Below are positions 39,501 through 52,028 of a stretch of DNA of 64,000 nucleotides, piece by piece (positions within the stretch are counted from its first letter, which is position 1; the number at the start of each line of letters is the position of its first letter). The translations under genes were made by a program, and so were the position numbers. The notes below the pieces were generated by a model. It saw only the letters and a list, made by a program, of their open reading frames with translations, ran no database searches and was not told where the DNA came from. Origin of the DNA: Bugula neritina. Its lineage: Eukaryota; Animalia; Bryozoa. Location of the stretch: assembly GCA_964035545.1 (NCBI GenBank), contig OZ037767.1, forward strand, positions 21,592,628-21,656,627, written 5' to 3'.

Positions 39501-42500
39501 ACATGCTATTATTAATAGTGAAGCAAGTAGCACTTCCAATATTGCTGCCACCAGAACTAGTGCTGACCTTGTTCAACTTGCTGCCGGCAAGAGAAGAAGT
39601 GTCTTTCTTGTCAGAGCCACCCAGGGCCTGTGATAGAGTCAGCTCAAACATGTCCTCCGTCTGTCCCAACTCATTCTTTGGAGCCAGTTGGCCGAACCTG
39701 ATTGGATCATCTGCTTGTACCTTCACCACCTTCTTTGTTACCGTCTATAGTACAGAGATATGCATTCACAACAAGTTAGCAACAAATCAAACTGCTATCA
39801 ATGCCATCCACTAATTATTTAGTGTTGCCTACTACTACAATAAAACATTAACATAAGCTACATAAATTCTTCTATCGCCTCTCATTTTAAATTTAAAATG
39901 GAATGAAATCAGATAAAAATGAGCAGCTAATAACTCAATAAAATAATTTTCTTTTTTTAATATAGGGATCATTAATTACCATCCACAAATGTGCTATTTT
40001 TCTTCTAGCAATCAATAATTCATTGGTTATTATTTCCAGCAGCTTTTCGTGTAGTGCCCAGTTATCACACCCCACAAGAAACTGATCCATTCAACCACAT
40101 TCACACCCATTTGACCACACCCACTTAACCACACCCACAGCCACTTGACCACACCTACAGCCATTTGACCACACCCACAGCTATTTGACCAGGCCTACCT
40201 TTTGCTTTTCCTCAGCTGATTTCACCAGAAGCATCTTGTCTAAGCTTTCTCTGCAAAGTTTGTTGAAGACCTCCAGAAGAAGATCAGAGGGTTCAGACAG
40301 CACGTTGAGACAGAGAGCAATTCTGTCCACGTCGTCATCATTGATTGGTTTGTCAGCCAAACCTGACTTGCCCAGGTGTAGCATGGAGGACATGATTAGC
40401 ATAGCTTCAGCTCTAAATGACTGCAACACACCAGAGCTAGTAGAGATAGAAAGCCAAGCTAACATAACATCACGGTAAAATGATAACGGAGGTCTCAAGG
40501 CAAGGCTATACCAGTGAAATCAGCAGATGACCTGTTATTTGCACTGAGACTGGCTTACAGTATCAATGCTGTGAAGATGTGCATAAGTTTACTAATCACT
40601 TGTATAAGAATCAATGTTGCTTTGAAGGCATCAGAATATACAAACAATTGCTCACACATAGTGATAGTTTAGTGTTACACTGTGATATGGCTAATGAGCT
40701 ACACTAGGCTAATTGAGGCTCACCGTAAGAAACTGACAGTAGAATAAGTGGATCAACTCACATTCTGTCTGGAGGTGCTGGGATTGACCAGGGGAAACCT
40801 CATGGCCAGCTTAGTGAGGACAGTAGACAGCGCAGCACCGGCAAAGAAATCCCCGGCCATAAGAAAACCTCTCAGTGGTGGTCTGGATGCATCTTTCTTG
40901 GCTCTGGCCACAGCAGTGAAAGCACTCTGACTCACATATGTACCTGCACAGACATGCAAAGTAATTACAGTCACTAGTTTAATTAGAAAGTATGTCATTC
41001 TTAAAACAAGAAGGAGGGCAAAGAAGGGGAGAGAAATGAGAGACTGATTGAGAGACGACGGATGATGGTAGAAAGAAATAAATAAGAAATAGGAAAAATG
41101 AGACAGAAAAAAAGAAAATAAAGGACAAAGTGAGGGAGAATAAGAAATGGGTGGAAAAAAAAGAAATGGAGATGAGAGATGAAGGGTGGGAAGAGTTGAG
41201 AGAAAGAGCAGGCGAAACGGGGAAAGTAGTAAGAGAGAAATGAGGAATGGAGGGAGAAAGTTCAGGGAGAGAGAGAAAGAAATGAGAGACAAAGTGAGGA
41301 AGAAAGAAAACACAACTATAATACCACACATGGGTAAGCAAGGAGAAAAGAAAGACATACCGTCTGCTGTCACCATTCTCTGTACAGTACCAGACTGCAT
41401 CGTAGCATCTTCAGAGCTGTCTTCTTCACCTGCAGCTTTTCTCAACTCATCTTCAACTATCGGAATCTACAAATACACAACACACAAACACTCTATAGCA
41501 ATCTACAATATAAACAAGCCATTTGTTTCTGTTAGCAAACCATAAACTAACTTGCAGCTCAGTATAGACTGGTACGCCGCCCTACACAGCAGCTCACTCA
41601 TCAACTACATCTTAAAGCTATAGACCGACTGACCTCCCCTAGACTCTGTCTAATAAGAGTCATAACATTCTGGATCTCCTCACTGGTAGAGCAGTATTCC
41701 CCCAGGATCCACAGGGCAGCCCTGAATATCCTCACTTTCTTGATGGTGGGAAACACTTCTATCATCTTGCTGAGAACAACTGGCCGCAGGGACTCGAACC
41801 TCTGTACAGCTTCTCTGACAAACACCAGAACGTCTCTGGCAGCTAGCTCTGAGGAGTCGCTTAGAAACTCCATCAGCTGAAAGTAAGATAATGAATACAG
41901 CTACTATACGTGTCATATACAGCTACTATACGTGTCATATACAGCTACTATACGTGTCATATACAGCTACTATACGTGTCATATACAGCTACTATACGTG
42001 TCATATACAGCTACTATACGTGTCATATACAACTACTATACGTGTCATATACAGCTACTATACGTGTCATATACAGCTACTATACGTGTCATATACAGCT
42101 ACTATACGTGTCATATATAGCTACTATACGTGTCATATACAGCTACTACACTATACTTACCACTGGTATGATAGAGGGGGCTACATCAGGGAAGCGAACA
42201 CTGCACTGATGCAGAGTTTTCACCAGTAGCTGCCGGTACTTTACGGCATCGTCTTGTTCAACAGCTTCATTTGTCTTAATGACTTCTTTTTTCAGTACAA
42301 GCACCATCTGGAATATACAGTTGAAGAGGTCAGTCTATTTACAGGTAGACCAACTCTTTAGGTAACACAAGAGAAGCAAAGACAGCAAGTAGAATAACAA
42401 CCCATACTCACGTCATCAATGTTCCTTGAACTGACAAGATCTAAAGTCAGATCGAGAGTTTTCTTTCTAACCTCCAGGTCTGTGGCAGAAAGAACTCTCA

Positions 42501-45345
42501 TGATATCCATTACAAGATCTTGGAGCACCTGTATAACACAGAAAAGATAGAGATTGAGCCACTATATATACTTGGAGCAGAACCACACATAGACAAGAGT
42601 CTACAGATTATACATAAAGACATTTGACAAAGCCAACAGGACAAGATACCTTGTCATGAGTCTCAGCCATGGCCACGAGTCTGTCTAAGACAATGAGTTT
42701 AACATTGTTGTCACTCTCCTTGACGATCAGCTCGATGTAGCAAGTAGCGGCGGCCTTCACAGCTGACGGAGCTCTACACACATATAGTAAAACTTAATTA
42801 TAAGAGTTGAAAGAAAAGTCAAGATAACCTGGAACAAGCATCAAAAAATACATTGAGTTGCATAAATAAGATCATTATAAAGACAAAACAGCCTAGTGAG
42901 TGCATTAAGTCACAAATTAAGGCTACACCGTCCAGCAAACTACAGGATATAAACATGCAACAGAGCCAGAGCCAATAAGAGCATACAAACTAACCCAGAG
43001 AGGGTGATGAGTGTACCGGCAGCTTCGTACTTGACAGCAGGACTGGATGACTGCAGGAGGTTGTAGATGCAGGTGATAAATCTACTTCTCTCGGAGGGGT
43101 TGCTGTGACACACCTGGACACAGAGACAGCGCGCTGACTATATGCTACACACAGGTGCTGATATATATAGCCCAATATTCTAGATCACAGTTAGCTGAGT
43201 GTCTTCAAGCATTAACAAGTATATATGTTCCATATAACTATATATGCTCTACATATATGTTATACTATTCCACTCTTATTTCATATTGTCTTTTATAAAG
43301 TTGTTTGTAAAAACACACAGAAAAATATATTAACACTATAACTCCAACTCCTTGCATGTATTTTAAAATTTTTCAGCTATTTTTAGAGCTTCCACAGACT
43401 ATTTCTCCGACAGAACATAAAAGTAGCTGCTATATAACGCAGTGTACAACCCACCTTGTAGATGAGCTCGACTATGACCAGCTGTAGAATGTCTCCGAAG
43501 CTTTGCACCTGGTCTATACAGGAGCTGAGGTAGTTGAGAGCTCTCTCCTGGTCGGCTTGAATGAGCATCATGAATGCGTTTCTCTTGCAGGACATATCCT
43601 GCTCTTGTTCGAGGAAACTGGCAATCAGCTCCGGGGCATCCGGTATGAGAACCTCATGACTCCTGCAAACAGCACATTTATAGATGAACATATCTGGCTC
43701 TAGACGAACTAGCATTATGGTAGACCACACACTAAATACACAGACAGTGTGGTAAAGTTTCTGTTGTTACACCACAGCAACAAAACAGCTGTTGATAATG
43801 TTTCTGTAGCAAACCAGCAGCATGTGAAGCACTTCCAAAAACATTCTCCAAACAAGCCATTTGCAATGCTGTACTCCCTGAAACGCAAGTTACTCACTTT
43901 TCTTTCTCTCAATATCTAATAATAAGCAGGGCTGTTTGCCTGTATGAACGTTTAACCTACCTGTAGATGGTGAATATAGCCAAAACTGCGTTTCTCCGGA
44001 CATATTTGTGGCGATGTTCTAGACAAGCCCGTATTGTAGGCATGAGAGGCTCAAGGAGCTCAGGCTCTTTCAGCTTACACAGAAACCTGAGCGTACATCC
44101 TCTGATGTACTCATTCGGGTGTTGCAGATCCTGCATATAACAACAGGTAAGTAATATAGTTAATGGCATAGAAGTGAGTTTCTTATGCTGAATGTGACAC
44201 TAGAGAGCAGGTGACAGAATGTGACACTAGAAAGAGTAGGTGACATAAGGTGACAGCATGTGATACCGGAGAGAGCAGGTCTTATTGCACTAAGTGTTAG
44301 ACTTATTACCACATTTCTTAGCAACCCTACTACATGCATACACACCCACACACGCACACATGCATTCATATATATATAAATTGAATCAAGTTGAAAAAAT
44401 TTTACAATCTTGCAAGTGTGAGGAGAAAGAAGTAAAGAAGATATAAATTCCAAATGATTGAACGTAAAGTGGTTTGATAGTTACTTAGAGCACTTGAATA
44501 CCGACCTTTCGGTATGCATCACACACGAGGATGTACTCATGCATCATTTTCCCGTCAGGGGTGTACTTAGGAACCACCTCCCAGAATATCAACAGAAGCT
44601 TTTTCAACTCATGATCCTTTGTCGGCATTGCAAACCTGCACATTGCGCAAGCAATAACAACATATCAACATGATAGAGGCATGGAAAAGCAGGCTACAGC
44701 ATAAATTTTTTATTACACTCAAGTATTAGGCCTTCAAACCTACAGTTCTCCTACATTATTTTATAAAAACATTCACCAAAATTAACTGAAACATAAACCA
44801 AAGCAAAAGGAAAGTGAAAACAAGTACCTAATGACGTGCATGAGTAGAGATGCCCCGACTCGCTCACCCCCTAGAACCATGTGAATCAGCTTCTTGATGG
44901 CTTCTTTCTTGTCGCCAACTTTCCCTTTCTCTGTAGAAATGTTAACCAGTCGCAATAAAAATGGTAAAATGTCAAAATCAAAATCTAATTTCACCCATAT
45001 ACCTACCATAAATGATCTAGGAATAATTTCAGGTGTTTTAATATTTTTAAATTAATAAACTTACAGAAGCAATCAACTAAGGAAAATGTTACATAAGACT
45101 AAACAATCAACTGCTATAATTTGTAGTCGAGTAGATAAAATACTTTGCAGGCTTTATTTTCAAAACCAATATAGCAACTATGTTTCATCAGTTTGTTATT
45201 GTAGAAAGGCAAGTTCTTCATGAAAAGTGCTACAAATGGAGACATACATACCAAGCATTTGCTTTAAATCTTGATCATTGGGAAAGTCTCCTTCTTGGGG
45301 GTTGGCAATTAGAGTATAACATGACTGTTCTGCTAAACTAGTCAT
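36543..45345 (-). CDS. COPB1: Coatomer subunit beta
   Basis: About 20 exons: [13 protein letters not shown] (45345), [119 protein letters not shown] (36543). Non-coding exon 1 donor AAG|GTATGC inferred at 48773. Confidence 0.97.
40090..40192. repeat. Short TTGACCACACCCACAGCCA minisatellite
   Basis: About 5 degenerate copies next to a COPB1 donor. Confidence 0.7.
41005..41310. repeat. Purine-rich (GA) low-complexity tract in COPB1 intron
   Basis: Almost pure A/G on +, polypyrimidine on the gene strand. Confidence 0.8.
41896..42148. repeat. 22-bp near-perfect minisatellite filling a COPB1 intron
   Basis: TACAGCTACTATACGTGTCATA about 11 copies. Confidence 0.95.
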
Positions 45346-45904
45346 CTTGGAACTCGAATATTACGTCTGTAAAACAAAAAGTAAAATAATTACAGTAGAC
45401 ATAGAATAAACCCCTGACATTTCAATTACATAGAAACAACATGCTGAAAAGATAATGGTAATGTTGGCCACACACAAATAACTTTTTTAAACTCACATAA
45501 TAATGAAAGTTTAAAAATTTTGGAAAATAAAAATACAAGATATTTATACTAATATTGATGGGCTAATACTGCTGCAGCTTCTATCATTTTACACATTCAA
45601 CTAATTGCTACAAAATTTAAAAATAATCAAGCAAGTTCGGTGTTTGATGCTGATTTCAATTATGATTATTGAATGGCACAAACCACGCTCATTGCAATAC
45701 AGTTTTTTTATTAGGATATTTAGTAAATCTGAATAGCATTACGAAGTACATTGATTGTTGATGCTGACTTAGCAGCAAAATAAATACTTTTTTTATAGTT
45801 TTCAACACAAGACTATTTCACATTAACACTGAAAATGCCTGTGATAAGATTAAATATATTGAAAATGTTAACAGTATCTGTATGAGTATGGCGAAGAATA
45901 TAAA

Positions 45905-46645
45905 TTTCAGTATTCTAATTCGATGAGACTGAGTTAGTGAGTATGATAAGTATGAGTGTGAGTCGCAGTATCAGTATGGGTATCAACTATCAAGACGAAC
46001 TATTAGTTTAAGCAAGCATATACTAATACGGTACAGAACTTGAAAGTAGAAGTAAAAGTAAAAGTCTGGGCACACCTGGAAGTTAAATATTTTTGAAAAA
46101 AAAACAATATGTTGGTGGCCGTTCTACCTGATATTGCAAATACCTACCATAAAATCACTACCAGTATCGCTAACAGTGTCTTGTTAAACTTAATACATAT
46201 TTTGTAGTTGGGAAAAAACTAAAAGTAAATGCGTTTATAATTACTAGTATTACTATTAGTATTTATTTTTAATATAAGAACCACAATTATCACTATAATA
46301 TTTATATCAACATGATGCTACAAGTACATCTTATCAATAACTGTAGTAATAGTTTAAAGGTTATAAGTACAAGTATTACCATTAGTATTAACACAATATT
46401 AACATTAAGTGAATATCAATATCAATTATTAAACAGAATAATCCTTATGGCTTACAGTTATGAGTTATAGTTTAGTTATGAAACTTATAACTTACAAAAG
46501 TTATCAGTATGACTATGAGTATCACTTATTTCTTATCATTTATTAGAGCTTATTTATCACTATCAGTGTGACTGTATCACTATGGGTATCACTATCACTA
46601 TCAGTATCAGAATAAATGACTATCAGTATGAGTATGACTATCACT
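45905..46645. repeat. 6-bp-periodic AGT/ACT tract (T5, left of LINE)
   Basis: AGTATG AGTATG ACTATC ACT directly abutting the LINE 5' end. Confidence 0.8.
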
Positions 46646-48283
46646 TTTTGAAACATCTGAGATCTTTAATGAATACTTTCAAAGTGTTTTTTCGAAAAGT
46701 GACTCTTATTCTATAGCTCTTGGGACCACTGAAAATTGCCCCATAAAGGTTACAAGTGATGGGGTTCTTAAATTGTTGAAAGAGCTCAAAAATGGGAAAG
46801 CTCCTGGCCCAGATATGTTAAGAAAAGAAGACCTTTGTCTGAATTTGGAGATTACCAGTAAGATTCTGTCTAAAATATTCCAATACTCACTAGATATTGG
46901 GCAACTGCCTTACATATGGAAAGTGGCTAATGTGGTACCTATTCATAAAAAAGGTAATCGGGAAGATCCAGGAAACTTTAGACCAGTTTCACTGACATGC
47001 ATTTCATGTAAAATGCTAGAACACATTGTGCTTAGTAATATTCAAAAAGATCTCGAAAAAATTATAAAACCTCATCAACATGGATTTAGAAGAGGGCTGT
47101 CATGCACTAATCAATTAGTGACTACTGTAAATGAAATTATGAAACTAGTAGATGACAATAATGTGGTTCACGCAGCAATATTAGATTTTTCTAAGGCTTT
47201 CGACAGGGTGTCTCACAGTCTGTTGGTTGGGAAGTTGTTGAGGTCGGGGATTGACCCGGGCATAGTTCGATGGATCAAAGATTTTTTGTCCAATAGATTA
47301 CAAAGAGTGGTTATAGAAGGAATTGCTTCCAATGATTTGGCTGTTTCTTCGGGAGTTCCACAGGGTTCTGTGCTTGGGCCGTCCATGTTTTTGGTCTACA
47401 TCAATGACATATCAGACATTCTCCAGTCATCCTCGATTAAACTTTTTGCAGATGATGTGTTATTTTATCGCCCAAATAATACTCTAGAAGATGCAGTTAA
47501 ATTTCAAAAGGATTTGGCTTCACTTGAACAATGGGCTTCTCAGTGGAAAATGTCTTTTAATACTGAGAAATGTCAGATTGTTTGGTTTGCTAGGCAGGAT
47601 TGCGACAATTATAGTCCTGAATATTTTTTAAACAACATACCACTAGCCTTAGTGAAGAGTTTTAAATACCTTGGTGTCTTTATTTCAAATAACTTTAGTT
47701 GGGATTTGCACATAGAGACAATAACAGCTAGGGCTAGCCAAAGATTGGGTATGATTAAACACGTGCTCTTTGATGCCCCACGGAGGGTGAAGCGGGTTGC
47801 CTACCTCACTTTGTGTAGGCCACTGCTGGAATATGCGTGTGAGGTCTGGGACCCCCATCTTGCAAGACAGGTTTCATTGCTAGAGGGCGTCCAGAGGAAG
47901 GCAATTAGATTTATTTTAGGTATTAAGGGCAGAAATAGCGTTACTGAAGGGAGAATTTTTCTAGAGCTGGAAATTCTGGAATTGAGGCACAGAAATGCCA
48001 GAATGTCCCTGATGCTAAAGTTTTTATCAGGCAGCAGCCACACTTCTTTTATTGAGAGTTTTAATCAAATACAAAATAACATTCATAGTTACCAGACTCG
48101 TTCAGTTTTAGAGGGTGCTCCATTGGCTGTGTGTGCAAATACTAGTTTTTACTTACATAGTTTTTTATCTAGAACATCGCGCGATCTACGCGGACTACCG
48201 TAAAATTCAAGTCTTTTTTACGATATAACGACCTTCTTTTGCCCGGCATCGGGATCTAAAGGTTCTTGAGTTACCTAGACCTA
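46646..48283 (+). mobile_element. 5'-truncated non-LTR retrotransposon (CR1/L2/Jockey-group RT)
   Basis: Open frame 46650-48203: FNEYFQSVF, KAPGPD, FRPVSL, QHGFR, LDFSKAFDRV, GVPQGSVLGP, LFADD, YLGV; endonuclease absent; short 3' UTR with CCCG-GCAT-CGGG hairpin and ACCTAG-like tail. Confidence 0.93.
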
Positions 48284-48720
48284 TTAGTATTAGTATTATA
48301 CCGGTATGATTATCACCATGAGTATGACTATCAGTGATACTGATACTATCAGTATCAGTGTCACTATCAGTATCAGTGTCACTGTCTAACTCTATCGGTA
48401 TGAGTGTGAGTTGGTGAGTGTCAGTAGCCGCAGGACTACTACTAGCCACTAGGACTACAGGTACCCCAGTAGAAGTATTTTATTGATATTTAATTTGAAT
48501 TTCATACTTATAGGTAATTGTTATTACTGATACTGATACTCAGTGATAGTGATAATAACTCTCCCTCTCAGTACGAGTATGAAACTCAAATTTAAGTTGA
48601 GTATCACTAAAAGTAAAAGTAAATTAAAATTTGAATAATTAATTCAAACTATAAAATTGAAGATATTAAACAAATTTAGCACAGTTGATTTTCAACTTTC
48701 GAAAATTACCATGGAGTTAT
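48284..48720. repeat. 6-bp-periodic AGT/ACT tract (T5, right of LINE)
   Basis: AGTATT AGTATT, ACTATC AGTATC AGTGTC; ends ~50 bp from the inferred COPB1 exon-1 donor. Confidence 0.8.
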
Positions 48721-49477
48721 GATTTTATTTAATAACTGTTATTCATTTATTGCAATCAAAGCGACTTGCATACCTTTAAGTTTATTTGCCTACGTAAATA
48801 ACTTTTTGCGGAAACCGTTGGGGATGCGCTGGATTATTAGACTGCGTGCTGCGTGTGTAAATTTTACTCATTAATTTGTTTAATCCTTCACGTGTTTGAT
48901 ACTTATCAGTTTGAAGCTAGTAAAGTTTTGCAAGCTAAGGTTTTGTAAAATGTAACGAGTCAACTTATTTTATTTTTTCATATTAGTAACATTGTAGAGA
49001 AAGAAGATAACTCCATAAAAGAAACATTTTCAACAATAATTTGATCATCATTTCCAGACGTTTATTATTATAATCGACTATCATGTCTACGCAAAACATT
49101 GTACAGCGCCTCCAATCACAGTGATTAACTGTAAAATCTACCCAATGGTGTTATGTCTTTTAAATGCATGATGAAATTACAGGATGTCGCTTTACTATTT
49201 ATTATAATTCATCCGCAGCAAATGTTTGGCACATTTATTTGCAAAGCACTGTTAAATACTGAAATAATTATTATGTTTACAAGCAAATATTTTAAAAAGT
49301 TCAGGAGTTTGTTTTAAAATAAAAAATTTGCATTTGGGTCTGTTGCTAATAGCGTCTAAAAATAGAACTTTCATTACGTAAATACGTATTCATGCGCTGT
49401 CACGGTGTACCAAGCTACGCAATTGTATCGTTATTTTCACTCGACTATTCAATCGTTTCAGTTTACGGAGAGCAATA

Positions 49478-49489
49478 ATGGCTTTCTAA
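49478..49489 (+). promoter_or_regulatory. ATF4 uORF1 (Met-Ala-Phe-stop)
   Basis: ATG GCT TTC TAA, just downstream of Inr-like TCAGTT (~49458). Confidence 0.85.
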
Positions 49490-49527
49490 ACTTTCAGGCT
49501 GCCTCGGCGCCTCTGGCACAAAACGAA

Positions 49528-50466
49528 ATGATGTTGTAAGTATATTACTTAAATATACCTACTTAAGCTTTAAGCTGTAGTTTTACCATTTGTAGCTGTA
49601 CATGTACAGTAGCGAAGCAACTGAATAAACTAATATTATTATTAATAAACTAATAAACTAGTAAAAGTAAAACTGAATAAACTTCACGTCACAAAATTCC
49701 TACTCAGCTCTTACTTCTTAGTCTTACTCTTACCTTAGGCTTAGGCCTTAGACTGTGCTTCAGTGTTGGTTTTTTTTTATAAACATTAAATCTGAACTAT
49801 GATAAACTCGAAGTCGATCACTAGGACTAAAGTTGAAGATTACATTGATGCTGACTGAGATGCATAAACATAGACTTAGAGCCTTCTGGTTATCACTGTC
49901 ATATCACTAGTACCGTTAAAATGAATGAATCTAAATTAAAATTTATTTTACCCTTGGTCATTAATCATTACTGGTACTAGTAGAATAAGAAATAGTAAAA
50001 GTCTGATGCTGTAGTTGATTACAAAATGAATAAGCCAACAAATTTTAATGATTTCTGTAGATCATAACTGTAAGTGTTGTAGTTATTCACATGTGTACAA
50101 TTGTTATTTTATGTGGTGCTATTCATTCTGATTTTTAGCTCTAAACTTATCATCAGATCATTTAATAGTAATTCAATTGTCATTACTGATTTTTCCTGTG
50201 CACTCTACTATTAGTACTAGTAGCGATTACACACTAGTAAAACTAAAACTACTTGTATAAAATGTTTGTGTTTCATGCGAAATTGAACTGCAAGCTCAAA
50301 GAAGTGGTAGTTTCATACTGGCAATGTTACCTTTTGTAGTTTTCAAAATGCGGCAACATGCCTATCCGGCGAATCATTCCCTCAGTTTGTTGAGAAAAAA
50401 CCAATACTAGATGGATATGTACGAGAATTCGTTATTCATGGAGCTAGGGGAGGTGGTGGGCCATGA
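49528..50466 (+). promoter_or_regulatory. ATF4 inhibitory uORF2, spliced (49528-49535 + 50340-50466), overlapping the main start out of frame
   Basis: ATGATGTT|GTAAGT ... TTGTAG|T TTT CAA... gives MMFFQNAATCLSGESFPQFVEKKPILDGYVREFVIHGARGGGGP*. Confidence 0.8.
49560..49990. repeat. 6-bp-periodic AGT/ACT tract (T6), in ATF4 intron 1
   Basis: ACTAGT AAAAGT AAAACT, ACTTCTT AGTCTT ACTCTT ACCTTA GGCTTA; more degenerate than the others. Confidence 0.6.
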
Positions 50467-51636
50467 CCCTAACCTATATGAAGACATCCCTAAGCAGCTT
50501 CCTCTTAACTTACCATTTCCCTCAGACGCATCCAACTTAAACTCTTACAATTGGACAGAGAAGAATCCACTGTTGGGTTTAGAATCTCTTGATGATGGCA
50601 TTTTTCCAGGTAATCTAATTATATATGCTGAATTTATTAGTTCTAGCATTTTATAGCCTAATTTTTTTTTGAAAATTGTGTGCAATCATCAATTATTCGT
50701 CAACAAAGCATCAATCAGTAAATTATGAGAAAAGCCAGGTTAATGGTGTTTTGTGTTTTAGTTGATGACACCGTACTGGATGGGCTGCTTAATGAAAACT
50801 CCCAGCTCATTGACCAGTTGATGATGGCCAATGGCTTGGACTTCTCTTCAGATAATATAGATCTGGAAGCTGTCGATGAGCTTGATGTTGCTGTAAAGTC
50901 AGCAGGCCTCCCATCATCAGACACTTTCACATATGGTGGACCTGGTGATGACTTTTTGTCAAGCTTGCATCACATATCTCAGTCGGATGAACTGGACAAT
51001 GCCTACCCACTAGTGGATTCTCCTCTCTCTTCAATATCAACTCTACCAAGTGAACCTTCTTCTCCTCTTGATATCAATTTGCTGCACCTTCCCCAAGAGG
51101 AACTGAGCCCTGAACCGGCTTCAACAGGGTCAGACCTGAGTAATCTCTTTGATTCCTTCACCCATGAACCTGTGTTCTTTGATAGTGGACTCTCCGATCC
51201 CATAAGTGATCTCTCCACGTCAATTGGTGACACCGTGAATGATTTGAGTCACTACTCTAACCAAACGGTTGAGAGCGACTGTTCCTATTCCCAATACTCT
51301 GTTGAGTCATCACCAAACTCTGTTTGCACGGTTTCTCCAGTTGGATCTGCTTCTGTCGAGTCACTTTCTAAAGAAAAGTCATCAAAGAAAAAGAAAAAGT
51401 TTACACCGTATAGTAAACTGCCCGCAAATAGAAAAGAGAGAAAGAAACAGCAAAACAAAGAAGCTGCTATAAGATATCGAGAGAAGAAAAAGAATGAAGC
51501 CAAGAATAGTATGACTGAGGAGACCATATTAGTCAACAGAAACACTGAACTTAAAACTGAAGTACTAAACTTAGAGAGGGAGATTGCTTGTATGAAAGAG
51601 CTGCTTTCGGATGTCTTCAACATTCACTCTTTATAA
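50411..51636 (+). CDS. ATF4: ATF4/ATF5-family bZIP transcription factor
   Basis: Exons 50411-50609 and 50762-51636; acidic/Ser-rich region, DSGLS degron-like motif, C-terminal bZIP RKERKKQQNKEAAIRYREKKK..LEREIACMKELL; uORF architecture; AATAAA at 51902. Confidence 0.9.
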
Positions 51637-51946
51637 GTTGTGAATGAAATACTTATGTCATATCGGATTTTTCTTAATATCAATTTTTAGCACATTGCAT
51701 GTATGTTATCTCATTGTTATTACAGACTAGTGATATATTACAGACATATGTATGTGTGGTTTTATTTACACTTTATTATCTGGAATACATGGAATATTAT
51801 TGTATCATTTATATCTGCAATGTTTTTGTGGTGGCCTCCACGAAAGAGAGCTGTTTTACCAGCATACTTTTTATTTGGTGTGTGCTTATAATATATTATA
51901 GAATAAAATGTGTCCTATATACTAATTATTATATATTTCATTTTAT

Positions 51947-51951
<5 letters not shown>

Positions 51952-52020
<69 letters not shown>

Positions 52021-52028
52021 TATATATA
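51952..52028. repeat. (TA)n microsatellite
   Basis: TA run just past the ATF4 polyA signal. Confidence 0.95.

Noticed and set aside
40753-41545. 230-aa membrane-like ORF and antisense basic ORF
   Set aside because: Two COPB1 exons read through a polypyrimidine intron.
41891-42229. Regular 22-bp repeat resembling a CRISPR array or repeat protein
   Set aside because: No unique spacers; head-to-tail minisatellite in a eukaryotic intron.
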